Assembly (NCBI GenBank): GCA_028875125.1
Contig: JAPPGC010000106.1
Location: 5,217-69,216 of the forward strand
Direction of reading: 5' to 3'
DNA from: Bacteroidota bacterium
Lineage (GTDB): Bacteria > Bacteroidota > Rhodothermia > Rhodothermales > Bin80
Length of the DNA stretch: 64,000 nucleotides
Under the pieces are notes generated by a model, which was not told the origin of the DNA, made no database searches, and saw only the letters and a list, made by a program, of their open reading frames with translations. The translations under genes were made by a program, and so were the position numbers. Below, in pieces: positions 50,694 through 59,275 of this stretch. Numbering within the stretch: the stretch's first letter is position 1; the number at the start of each line of letters is the position of its first letter.

Positions 50694-51103
50694 CTTGAAA
50701 CCGGTGGTTGAATAAGTGCTGTGATCAAGCCTAGAAGACCGATGTAAATCATCGAACCAGGCGCCAAGGCGGGCAATGCCCCCCTTAGGGATCTCCATAA
50801 TAGAGAAAAAAAAGATAAGTTTTTATACATTTCGAGCTCAAATTCAAAATTTCCTTTCAAATGCAGAAATAATCCTGTTATTCCGGTTAAAATGCACAAG
50901 ATCATGCTGATCCTAAACAGCTTTCGAATTAGTGGTCGCGGTGCAAAGAAATGGGTCAGGGTTAGCGAGAGGCACAGAGTCAAGACCACGATAGGGGCCC
51001 ACTGCCAGGGATCCTCAAAATGACCAAGCAATCCTAGCTCAGTAACAGTGCCGACCAACGCAAGCACGAGTACGGCATGGCAGAGCTGGAATACGATCTT
51101 CAT
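50690..51103 (-). CDS. Small integral membrane protein (about 4 TM helices), unknown family
   Basis: Four hydrophobic stretches in about 137 aa. ATG 51103 lies 1 nt after the MacB-permease stop, and its own stop overlaps the next start. Confidence 0.5.
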   Translation of the reverse strand: MKIVFQLCHAVLVLALVGTVTELGLLGHFEDPWQWAPIVVLTLCLSLTLTHFFAPRPLIRKLFRISMILCILTGITGLFLHLKGNFEFELEMYKNLSFFSLLWRSLRGALPALAPGSMIYIGLLGLITALIQPPVSR

Positions 51104-51104
51104 C

Positions 51105-52322
51105 TCATTCGTGGCGGAGAGCTTCAATTGGATTCAGTGCTGCGGCTTTGCGTGCCGGATAGAATCCGAAGAAGATGCCAACGCCCGCGGAAAAAACCAG
51201 TGCAATCATGATCGTGGTCGGGGAGGTAACGGTGTTCCAGCCGGTCATCTGACTCAATATGGTCGATCCGGCAAATCCAATTCCAACCCCAATCGCACCT
51301 CCTAGGACACTCATTACAATGCTCTCAACAAGGAATTGCGTCAATACATCCCTTCCTCGTGCACCAATAGCCATGCGGATTCCGATTTCCCGGGTGCGTT
51401 CAGTAACAGATACGAGCATAATATTCATGATTCCAATGCCCCCGACCAGGAGTGAGATCGAAGCGATGGCAGCCAGCAACAGGGTCATAACCTCCGTGGT
51501 ACCTTGCGCGGCTTCCGCAAGATCATTCTGGTTTCGGACCGTGAAATCATCTTCAGCAAAGCCTGCCAAGCCATGTGATTCTCGCATAATGGCCCGAATT
51601 TCCTCCTGCGCAGCAGGGATATCTCTCGACGAAGGCGTACTTGCCAAGATCTGAAATATGCGGCTCCATCCGCTGAGACGGGTTTGAACCGTTGTATAGG
51701 GAGCAAGAATTACGTCATCCTGGTCCGTACCGTTGGCGGTTTGCCCTTTGGCTTCAAGGACGCCTACGACCTGTACGGGCACATTGCGTATCTGGACAGT
51801 TATTCCAACCGGATCTTCACCAGGAAACAGGTTTTCTGCTACGGTATGGCCCAATACTGCCACGCGTCGCATCTGGCGCAATTCGCTCTGATCAAAGAAT
51901 CGGCCGTACTTGAGTTTCCAGTTACGAATAATCTGGTAATCTGTTGAAACACCATTGATGGTTGTACGCCAGTTGCCTTGCCCCCCGATGACCTGTGTTC
52001 GGCTAAACACTACGGGTGAGACCGCGGATACGATCAGACTTTCCCGCTTGATTTTTTCTGCATCCTTTATAGTGAGGCGGTTATAGCTTTGTGCTCCCCG
52101 ACTCACACCGCCTTGGCTGCTGGCTCCAGGGGTTACTACAATCATGTTGGTGCCCAAGGTGTTAATCTGGTCCTGAATCTGGGACTGTGCCCCCTGTCCA
52201 ATGGCAACCATAACGATAACTGCTCCTACACCAATCACAATCCCCAACATCGTGAGAAGCGTGCGCATTTTGTTCTTCAGGATGCTCTGTGAGGCAACCT
52301 TGACTAGTGTGGAAGCTTTCAT
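51105..52322 (-). CDS. MacB-type ABC transporter permease (FtsX family with periplasmic domain)
   Basis: The layout is an N-terminal TM helix, a large periplasmic domain, then 3 C-terminal TM helices. Motifs such as RTREIGIRMAIGA are typical of MacB/LolE-type permeases. Confidence 0.9.
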   Translation of the reverse strand: MKASTLVKVASQSILKNKMRTLLTMLGIVIGVGAVIVMVAIGQGAQSQIQDQINTLGTNMIVVTPGASSQGGVSRGAQSYNRLTIKDAEKIKRESLIVSAVSPVVFSRTQVIGGQGNWRTTINGVSTDYQIIRNWKLKYGRFFDQSELRQMRRVAVLGHTVAENLFPGEDPVGITVQIRNVPVQVVGVLEAKGQTANGTDQDDVILAPYTTVQTRLSGWSRIFQILASTPSSRDIPAAQEEIRAIMRESHGLAGFAEDDFTVRNQNDLAEAAQGTTEVMTLLLAAIASISLLVGGIGIMNIMLVSVTERTREIGIRMAIGARGRDVLTQFLVESIVMSVLGGAIGVGIGFAGSTILSQMTGWNTVTSPTTIMIALVFSAGVGIFFGFYPARKAAALNPIEALRHE

Positions 52323-52325
52323 GAT

Positions 52326-53072
52326 TCAGACGGATATCTGGAGTTCTGGGTACAGGTCGGTTTTTGCGGAACGACGGTTTTCAATGCGCTTGTCTAGTAT
52401 GATCTTACCATCGCGCAACTCAATGATGCGCTCTGTGCAGTCAGCCACATCGGATTCGTGTGTAATCAGCAGGACGGTCATTCTCTGGTCGTGAAGCTCT
52501 TGGAACAGGGAAAGTACCTCAACGGAGGTTTTGGTGTCCAGGTTACCGGTGGGCTCATCGGCCAGTAGAATGGATGGATTAGTCACGAGTGCGCGTGCGA
52601 TAGCAACTCGTTGTTGCTGTCCACCTGAGAGTTCACTGGGTTCATGATCCATTCTGTCCCCGAGACCAACGCGTTCCAACGCCTCCTTGGCGGCTTTTCG
52701 GGCCGAGATTTTTCGACGAGATCGATCATAGAGAAGCGGTAGCTCAACATTTTCGAGTGCTGTTGTTCGCGCCAAAAGGTTAAAACCCTGAAAAACAAAG
52801 CCAATCTTGCGGTTGCGAATATCGGCCAATTTATTACGCGAAAGCCCCTCTACATGCACGCCGTCAAGGAAGTAGGTACCGGAGGTTGGATAGTCCAGGC
52901 AGCCGATAATGTTCATCAAGGTTGATTTCCCCGAGCCGGAAGCGCCAACGATAGCAATCATTTCGCCTCGGTTCACGACGAGATCAATACCTTGCAGGGC
53001 ACGTACCTCGGTCTTGCCCATCGCGTACACCTTGGTGATTCCTTCGGTACGCATCACGATTTCGCGTTCCAT
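52326..53072 (-). CDS. ABC transporter ATP-binding protein (MacB/LolD type)
   Basis: Walker [10 protein letters not shown], signature [15 protein letters not shown] and Walker [12 protein letters not shown]. Confidence 0.95.
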   Translation of the reverse strand: MEREIVMRTEGITKVYAMGKTEVRALQGIDLVVNRGEMIAIVGASGSGKSTLMNIIGCLDYPTSGTYFLDGVHVEGLSRNKLADIRNRKIGFVFQGFNLLARTTALENVELPLLYDRSRRKISARKAAKEALERVGLGDRMDHEPSELSGGQQQRVAIARALVTNPSILLADEPTGNLDTKTSVEVLSLFQELHDQRMTVLLITHESDVADCTERIIELRDGKIILDKRIENRRSAKTDLYPELQISV

Positions 53073-53075
53073 ACG

Positions 53076-54362
53076 CTAAAAGCCCTCTGGGCGCCAACGC
53101 CGCTCCTGACTCTGGAACGGGTTATTTGAGCCGTTCTCTTCCTGCTGGGTTACCCCCGCTATAATTTCCGTGCCGGGCTGAAGTCGCGCAGTAGTAACCT
53201 CTGTCATTTGCCCATCAGTGATTCCTATTTGCGCAGGGGCCACCATCAACTCTCCGTTTTCATCCAGGTACCAGAGCATAGTGAAATTACTGTCTCCAAA
53301 GCCGCTTCCGCCTGCTCCCGGGCCGCCATTGCCGCCGCCGCTCCAGGAGCCGGCCTGCCTGGATCCGGTATTTTGCTGTGCACCTTCAACGCTTCTACCC
53401 GGGCCTTCTGACGAGGCTTCCGCTTCTCTTTTGGCTCGGATTGTTTCAAACATTCGAGGAGTTGCACGGAAACGAAGGGCGGCATTGGGCACTTTGAGTA
53501 CATTCGTAGCTGTTTCGATCAAAAAATCTACGGTGGCGGTCATGCCAGGCAGGAGAAGGCCGTCGGGATTCTCAACATCAACGACCACGGTATAGTTAAC
53601 CACATTTTCTTCAACCGTAGATTGCAATCGCACCTGGCGCACGGTACCCGTGAAGATCTCGTCCAGATAAGCCTGCACGGTAAACCGGGCAAACTGTCCT
53701 TCTCGGATTTGCCCGATATCACTCTCATCCACGGACGCGAGAATTTCCATCCGGGAAAGATCGTCTGCGATCAGGAACAATTGTGGTGCGGAGAAGCTGG
53801 CCGCAACGGTTTGACCTACATCAACATTCCGCTCAATCACCGTTCCAGAGATGGGGGCTATAATCGTAGCATAGCTCAGGTTTTGGCGTGCACGATCCAG
53901 ACTGATGTCTGCGCTTCGCGTTGTTGCTCTAGCAATATCGAGATCGTATTGTGCCTGAGCATAATCTACCTCAGTGACAAACTGCTGGGCGTAAAGGGGT
54001 TCCAACCGTTCAAGTTCCCGTTCAGCTTGTCTGAGCTGTGCCTGATTACGTTCAAGGTTGGACTCGGCATCCCGCACGGCACTCCACAGGAGTGTAGTGT
54101 CAATACGAGCAATGACTTGTCCCTGCCGTACGCGGTCATTGAAGTCCACATAAATACTGGCAATGATTCCTGATATCTGGGTGCCGACCTGAACAGTCGT
54201 TACGGCATCAAGAGCTCCTGTGCTCGCGACAACTGCCTCGATATCGCCCTGTTCCAGCGTGACGAAACGGTAGGGACTGATGGGTTCAGCGCTACCACGG
54301 CTGAAATACCACAAGGAACCACCGGCGATTACGACGGCGGCTATTACTGCAAATAGTCTCAT
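53076..54362 (-). CDS. Periplasmic adaptor (HlyD/MacA-type membrane fusion protein)
   Basis: N-terminal TM anchor, lipoyl-like halves flanking a coiled-coil hairpin (NLERNQAQLRQAERELERL), a beta-barrel domain and a Gly-rich tail. Start at ATG 54362. Confidence 0.85.
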   Translation of the reverse strand: MRLFAVIAAVVIAGGSLWYFSRGSAEPISPYRFVTLEQGDIEAVVASTGALDAVTTVQVGTQISGIIASIYVDFNDRVRQGQVIARIDTTLLWSAVRDAESNLERNQAQLRQAERELERLEPLYAQQFVTEVDYAQAQYDLDIARATTRSADISLDRARQNLSYATIIAPISGTVIERNVDVGQTVAASFSAPQLFLIADDLSRMEILASVDESDIGQIREGQFARFTVQAYLDEIFTGTVRQVRLQSTVEENVVNYTVVVDVENPDGLLLPGMTATVDFLIETATNVLKVPNAALRFRATPRMFETIRAKREAEASSEGPGRSVEGAQQNTGSRQAGSWSGGGNGGPGAGGSGFGDSNFTMLWYLDENGELMVAPAQIGITDGQMTEVTTARLQPGTEIIAGVTQQEENGSNNPFQSQERRWRPEGF

Positions 54363-54375
54363 TAAGCAAGTGCGT

Positions 54376-54813
54376 TCACTCTTTAGATGAAGGTTGGGTG
54401 GATTTATCTCTATTGCGCGGAGCACGACGGAAACGAGAGTTGCGATCGGAATGTTTGGATCGTTTCCGAGTCAATTTCTCTTCCACGCGTTCCCATTGCT
54501 CTTGACCGAGTATTCGCTGCAGGTCCGCGGCCAAAGCCTGACGGTACACGGCAAGGCTGTCGGACATATGCTGACGCTGCCTCATAAAACCTTGTTCAGC
54601 GCGGCGAATAACGGTCATTAGTTCTTCTCGCTGTTCTTCGCTTTCAATCTCAACGATCTGCTCAATCTGTCGCATGAGTCCTCCTTGGACCCTGATTTCA
54701 GCAATGGCAGCGTTTCGGCGGTGTTGCCAGGCACTGGTGCCGAGGATGCCGATCAGGATCCCGGCGATTAATGTGCATCCCAGGAGCACAATTGATTTGA
54801 CTCGAGTACTCAT
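54376..54813 (-). CDS. Membrane-anchored helical protein, third member of the sigma/anti-sigma unit
   Basis: One N-terminal TM helix, an E/Q/R-rich helical region and a basic tail. Its ATG overlaps the anti-sigma stop (ATGA). Confidence 0.45.
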   Translation of the reverse strand: MSTRVKSIVLLGCTLIAGILIGILGTSAWQHRRNAAIAEIRVQGGLMRQIEQIVEIESEEQREELMTVIRRAEQGFMRQRQHMSDSLAVYRQALAADLQRILGQEQWERVEEKLTRKRSKHSDRNSRFRRAPRNRDKSTQPSSKE

Positions 54814-55175
54814 GGAGTGGTTAATGAAAATTCATCCAGATTCGCAGAGTAGGCCGTGGTAAGCGTCAGGGGTTGCAGGCCAAAGACGATTTCTGTTGGT
54901 GTGGGCTCAACTTCATAATTTCGACTGACGAAGGTGTTGTAAGATACAAAGCCCAAAATCAGGAGCATACTTGCGAGAGCAACGGGTCTGAAAGCGAGCC
55001 ATAGCGTCTGCCAAAGTTGCTCTTCCGGCTGATTCAGAGCCTGGATCCGGTTCATGATCCTATCGGCTAGGAAGGGTCGCACGCCGGACTCGGCATTCAT
55101 CTCTGCAGTCTCACAAAGCAGGGAGTGCAGGTGCGGATTATGATCTCTTGGTGTGGAGGAGGGTCGTTGATTCAT
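54810..55175 (-). CDS. Putative anti-sigma factor (single-pass membrane protein)
   Basis: It lies 1 nt downstream of the ECF sigma gene and has a central TM helix (VALASMLLILGFVSY). An N-terminal HSLLC is present, but there is no complete HxxxCxxC zinc motif. Confidence 0.5.
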   Translation of the reverse strand: MNQRPSSTPRDHNPHLHSLLCETAEMNAESGVRPFLADRIMNRIQALNQPEEQLWQTLWLAFRPVALASMLLILGFVSYNTFVSRNYEVEPTPTEIVFGLQPLTLTTAYSANLDEFSLTTP

Positions 55176-55176
55176 T

Positions 55177-55743
55177 TTATTCCTCTTCTGCGAGTATGGG
55201 CCCCAGAATATCGCGTAGCCGGGCGGTTGCCCGACTGAGCCGGGACAGTACAGTGCCCTGTGGAATTCCCAGTATTTCAGCAGCTTCAGCAGTCGAGTAT
55301 CCGTCGACTAGTCGAAGTACGACAACTGCACGATGATGGGGCTTAAGTTTGTTCATGGCCAGATTTATCAGTTCTGCCCGGTCAAATCGATCTGTTTCAG
55401 TATCGCGAAATCCTGGCTCTGGCAGCGTAATAGTTTCGTCATCTCTGCTGACGAATCGTAAGCGCATACGCTTCCGCCGGCGCAGGGCATCAAGCGACGC
55501 ATTGATTGCAATCCGCGTGAGGTAGGTGCTGCATGCCGCATCTCCCCGAAACCGATCCAGTGTTTTGTAGAACCGGATAAATACTTCCTGCACCAGGTCG
55601 TCAACATCTGCACTGGCACCGAGCATACCGGCCACGGTACGAGCCACCAACTGCTGGTGACGTTCCAATATTTCGCGAAACGCATTCTGATCACCTCTGC
55701 GGGCACGATCAATTAATGTATCATCTGATGGAATATGGGTCAC
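55177..55743 (-). CDS. ECF-type RNA polymerase sigma-70 family factor
   Basis: Region 2 (DLVQEVFIRFYKTLDRF) and region 4 HTH (YSTAEAAEILGIPQGTVLSRLSRA). 188 aa with a GTG start. Confidence 0.9.
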   Translation of the reverse strand: MTHIPSDDTLIDRARRGDQNAFREILERHQQLVARTVAGMLGASADVDDLVQEVFIRFYKTLDRFRGDAACSTYLTRIAINASLDALRRRKRMRLRFVSRDDETITLPEPGFRDTETDRFDRAELINLAMNKLKPHHRAVVVLRLVDGYSTAEAAEILGIPQGTVLSRLSRATARLRDILGPILAEEE

Positions 55744-55791
55744 TTTCCCACGGCCTCAGCGTTGCTGTTATGGCTGCACAGATTGTATCAA

Positions 55792-55817
55792 AACCAGTCA
55801 CAGCAATCTGGTTGCTG
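55792..55817 (-). terminator. Alternative hairpins between the Spy-like gene and the ECF sigma gene (possible attenuator or weak terminator)
   Basis: On the minus strand, CAGCAA-ccaga-TTGCTG and AACCAG-N10-CTGGTT overlap each other and are followed by TTGAT. The stems are only 6 bp. Confidence 0.25.
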
Positions 55818-55872
55818 CAAAGAAAGTAAAGTAAGCATAACCGTGTGTATTTCAGACTGAGCCCAGAGGTCA

Positions 55873-56286
55873 CTAAAATCCGCGTCGTCCGTTGCCACGG
55901 TTTGGTCTTTGTCGCCGCGCAGACCTGGATTGTTCCCGCATGACTTCTCGGTAAATGGCCATCTGCTCTTCCGAAAGCAGTGCGGAGAGCGCGATTTCTG
56001 TTTCCTTATTGATTTCTTCCCGTTTGGCACGCATGGCCTGAAATTGTCCACGTCCCCCGCCCGGTCCGGGGCGTAATGCCATTAGCGAGTCTGTGCGGGC
56101 GGCCAGGATGGCGCGAACTGCCGGAACCTGTTCAGTGGTAAGGTCAAGCTTCGCAATCAGTGAATCGTTCGCGGTCTCCATCGCCTCCTGAAAATTATCA
56201 AACCGACCGCCCGGGCCTCGTTGAGCAAGGGCGTTGTGAGCTGCCAAGAGTCCTATAAGAAGTGTCAATAAAAGCGTTTTACGCAT
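55873..56286 (-). CDS. Periplasmic Spy/CpxP-family (LTxxQ-motif) protein
   Basis: Signal peptide (AHNALAQ), two LTxxQ-like motifs (LTTEQV, LSEEQM), Gly-rich linkers and a basic tail. Confidence 0.65.
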   Translation of the reverse strand: MRKTLLLTLLIGLLAAHNALAQRGPGGRFDNFQEAMETANDSLIAKLDLTTEQVPAVRAILAARTDSLMALRPGPGGGRGQFQAMRAKREEINKETEIALSALLSEEQMAIYREVMREQSRSARRQRPNRGNGRRGF

Positions 56287-56314
56287 TTGGGGTTATCAGT
56301 AATTTGAGTCTATA

Positions 56315-56341
56315 TGACGTTTTTAGGAGGGAGATTATTCC
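56315..56341 (-). promoter_or_regulatory. Candidate ECF-type promoter (GGAAT-N17-CGTCA) upstream of the Spy-like gene
   Basis: The minus strand reads GGAATaatctccctcctaaaaaCGTCA and ends 28 nt before the ATG at 56286. It resembles the GGAAC/CGTC class of ECF promoters. Confidence 0.3.
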
Positions 56342-56469
56342 TTAACTGGCAGGTGTTTTTAGATCGTGCTCCCACGAGGGTAAACTTTTTAGGTAATTCC
56401 AGACATGCAACCGATAACCCGCACTGTCGTAATTTCTCCCTCCAACTTCTCCATTAATCACTGGTTCTT

Positions 56470-57663
56470 ATGTCATATAGAGGCACAATTGGAATTCTTA
56501 CAGGGGGCGGCGATGTGCCGGGACTGAATCCTGCGATTCGAGCGATTACTTTGCGTGCGCTGCGGGAAGGTTACAAGGTGCTTGGAGTCAAGCGGGGTTG
56601 GGCTGGGCTGGTCGAACTTGTCCAGAACAGCGAGGCTGAAAATTCAAACAATGTGATTGAACTTGACGAGTCTACGGTCAATGCGGCAGCCCGCTCAGGC
56701 GGCACGTTTCTTCACAGTTCCCGAACTCGGCCAAGTCATTTACCGCAAATTAATTTACCGGCGCACCTACGGGATCGTTTTACTGACCCTGTTAATGACG
56801 TTACTTCCGCGGTTCTCTCAAACATCGAGTATCTGGGCATTGACTATCTGGTTCCAATCGGCGGGGACGATACGCTCAGTTATGGTTATCGTCTGCACAA
56901 GGAAGGGGTTAAGGTTGTAGCGATCCCCAAGACCATGGACAATGATGTTCCAGGCACCGATTACTGTATTGGGTTTGGTACTTGCGTAACCCGGACGATT
57001 GAACTGGCCAATACGCTGCGTACTTCGGCGGGATCACACGAGCGCTTTCTGGTCATTGAAGTATTTGGGCGCTATGCGGGGTATTCAGCGCTACTCCCTG
57101 CGATGGCGGGAGCTGCGGATCGCTGTGTCATTCCCGAGTTGGATTTTGATATGGATCAGCTAACCGAACTCATGGTGTATGATCGCAACAGGAATCCGAG
57201 CCGCTATTCTGTTGTGCTTATCTCCGAGGGAGCAAAGATTAAGGGAGATGATACCATGTCCTTCCTAGGCTCTGAGAAGGATCAATACGGGCACGCTAAA
57301 CTGGGTGGTATTGGACGTCGGGTTGGCGAGGAGTTGAAGCACCGCTCGCCCAAGTACAATAATGGTCGGCGGATCAATGTCGTCAATCAGCGGCTAGGCT
57401 ATCTGGTTCGCTGTGGGGCCCCTGATGCGCTGGACTGTGTTGTGCCGATGGCTTATGGAAACCTGGCCCTGGATTTAATCCTGTCAGGCACGTCGGGACG
57501 CTTGGTAAATATCCGTAATGGTGTGTACGGAAGTATTTCAATGGAGGTGATCAACGGCCCTCACAAAGTGGTGGACGTAAATAAGTTTTACAACACCGAA
57601 CGGCTTCGCCCCAACTTCAAGGATCTACACGACGCACCTCTCTTCATAATGAACTCCGATTAA
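56470..57663 (+). CDS. 6-phosphofructokinase, probably pyrophosphate-dependent
   Basis: The GGGDVPGLNPAIR, IGGDDT and PKTMDNDV motifs are present. Asp in GGDDT and Lys in PKTxDND are the residues associated with PPi rather than ATP use. Confidence 0.9.
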   Translation: MSYRGTIGILTGGGDVPGLNPAIRAITLRALREGYKVLGVKRGWAGLVELVQNSEAENSNNVIELDESTVNAAARSGGTFLHSSRTRPSHLPQINLPAHLRDRFTDPVNDVTSAVLSNIEYLGIDYLVPIGGDDTLSYGYRLHKEGVKVVAIPKTMDNDVPGTDYCIGFGTCVTRTIELANTLRTSAGSHERFLVIEVFGRYAGYSALLPAMAGAADRCVIPELDFDMDQLTELMVYDRNRNPSRYSVVLISEGAKIKGDDTMSFLGSEKDQYGHAKLGGIGRRVGEELKHRSPKYNNGRRINVVNQRLGYLVRCGAPDALDCVVPMAYGNLALDLILSGTSGRLVNIRNGVYGSISMEVINGPHKVVDVNKFYNTERLRPNFKDLHDAPLFIMNSD

Positions 57664-57916
57664 CGGGGGCTACTTCGGTTCTTCAAGACTAACCTAGTCG
57701 TGCAAACTGCATGACAGGGAGAGTTATGTGTCTTCAAGGAATGTATTTCAGTGTGCAGGGCACATACTTTGCGTCCAGATAACAGGATTTTCCATTAATT
57801 TTTTAAAATTTTTTTCTGGAAGCGCTTTCATAACCGAAAAAATTTTGTTATTTAATTTATTTTTCTTAAAATAAAGCGGTTTTCTGCATTTAATCCTTAA
57901 TAACTTCACGACTACG

Positions 57917-59269
57917 ATGACGAAGAAGAAAATCTGCGCGCTGGCGGTTCTGGGTCTGCTGGTGCCTTCAGTTCTTGCCCAGGAAGCGGATGCGATCAGT
58001 GGAGTTGATACGTCGTGGCTACTCGTATCCACGGCGCTGGTGCTCTTGATGACCCCCGCGCTGGCCTTTTTCTATGGAGGGCTGGTGCGCTCCAAGAACG
58101 CACTCAACACGATGATGATGAGTTTTGTGGCGCTGGGTATCTCCGGTACACTTTGGGCGGTCGCAGGGTACTCCCTTGCGTTTGGCGCGGGCGGAGACTG
58201 GATTGGTGATTTGTCAATGGCCTTTCTGGCTGGTGTTGGGCTTGAACCGAGCGGTACGACTCCGCACTTGCTCTTTATGGGTTTTCAGGGGACATTCGCC
58301 ATAATTACCGCTGCGCTGATATCTGGTACACTTGTTGAGCGAATGAAATTCGTCTCTTATGTGATCTTTATCGGTCTCTGGGGACTTGCTGTGTACGCGC
58401 CGGTGTGTCATTGGGTGTGGGGTGGAGGCTGGCTCGGCGGGATGGGCGCACTTGATTTTGCAGGTGGTGCTGTTGTACACGTCAATGCGGGGGTTGCAGC
58501 CCTGGTGGCAGCAAGAGTGCTGGGGCCGCGAAAAGATTACGGACGGGAGGCACTCCTGCCTCATAACGTACCTTTTGTGCTGCTAGGTGCGGGCATACTC
58601 TGGTTTGGATGGTTTGGGTTTAATGGTGGAAGTGCGCTTGCCGCCGATGGTATTGCGGCGCTGGCACTGGTGAACACGCTACTTGCGCCAGCTGCTGGAA
58701 TATTTGCGTGGACACTGCTGGATCGATTCACCACAGGTAAAATCACCGCGGTGGGCATTGCGACAGCGATCGTTGTGGGACTTGTTGCGATTACCCCAGC
58801 AGCGGGTTTTGTCAGTCCGGGGGGAGCATTGGCATTGGGAGCGGTTGGTGTGATACCGAGCTACTATCTCATTAGGTGGCGTACAAGAACCAGTTTTGAT
58901 GATTCCCTGGATGTATTTGCTGCTCACGGTATGGGTGGAATTATGGGTGCACTCCTAACTGGTGTGCTGGCAACGACTGCGATCAACTCGGGGGGAGCAA
59001 ATGGTCTATTGTTTGGCGGAGGTGTTACTCAATTGGGTATTCAGGCATTGTCCGTTTTGGCAGTCGCGGTTTACAGCGGAGTTTTGACCTACCTGATTCT
59101 GAAGCTGGTTGGACTTGTGACGAAGCTCCGCGCAGATTCTTCAGATGAGGGCCTGGGTATGGACATTGTGGCTCATGGTGAAGAGGCCTATGCAACTGGC
59201 GAAGGAGCAGTGTTGCTCAATGAATCGGAGGCGCCGGAACGCGTCAATGGGTTAACTAAAAAAGACTAA
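57917..59269 (+). CDS. amtB: Ammonium transporter
   Basis: Signal peptide, 11 TM helices and Amt signatures (FFYGGLVR, DFAGGAVVHVNAG, HGMGGIMGAL). Confidence 0.95.
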   Translation: MTKKKICALAVLGLLVPSVLAQEADAISGVDTSWLLVSTALVLLMTPALAFFYGGLVRSKNALNTMMMSFVALGISGTLWAVAGYSLAFGAGGDWIGDLSMAFLAGVGLEPSGTTPHLLFMGFQGTFAIITAALISGTLVERMKFVSYVIFIGLWGLAVYAPVCHWVWGGGWLGGMGALDFAGGAVVHVNAGVAALVAARVLGPRKDYGREALLPHNVPFVLLGAGILWFGWFGFNGGSALAADGIAALALVNTLLAPAAGIFAWTLLDRFTTGKITAVGIATAIVVGLVAITPAAGFVSPGGALALGAVGVIPSYYLIRWRTRTSFDDSLDVFAAHGMGGIMGALLTGVLATTAINSGGANGLLFGGGVTQLGIQALSVLAVAVYSGVLTYLILKLVGLVTKLRADSSDEGLGMDIVAHGEEAYATGEGAVLLNESEAPERVNGLTKKD

Positions 59270-59275
59270 CAAAAA

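Noticed and set aside
56325-56443. 9-bp inverted repeat GGAGGGAGA / TCTCCCTCC about 100 nt apart in the Spy-like/pfk divergent region (an SD/anti-SD-like pair).
   Set aside because: The left arm falls inside the spacer of the candidate ECF promoter on the other strand. A single 9-bp match over this distance has a non-negligible chance expectation (a few percent), and this lineage is not known to depend on SD pairing.
57817-57832. Sigma-54 promoter upstream of amtB (TGGAAGCGCTTTCATA).
   Set aside because: The GG is present, but the -12 GC element is absent at the required spacing (TGGCAC-N5-TTGC). It does not fit.
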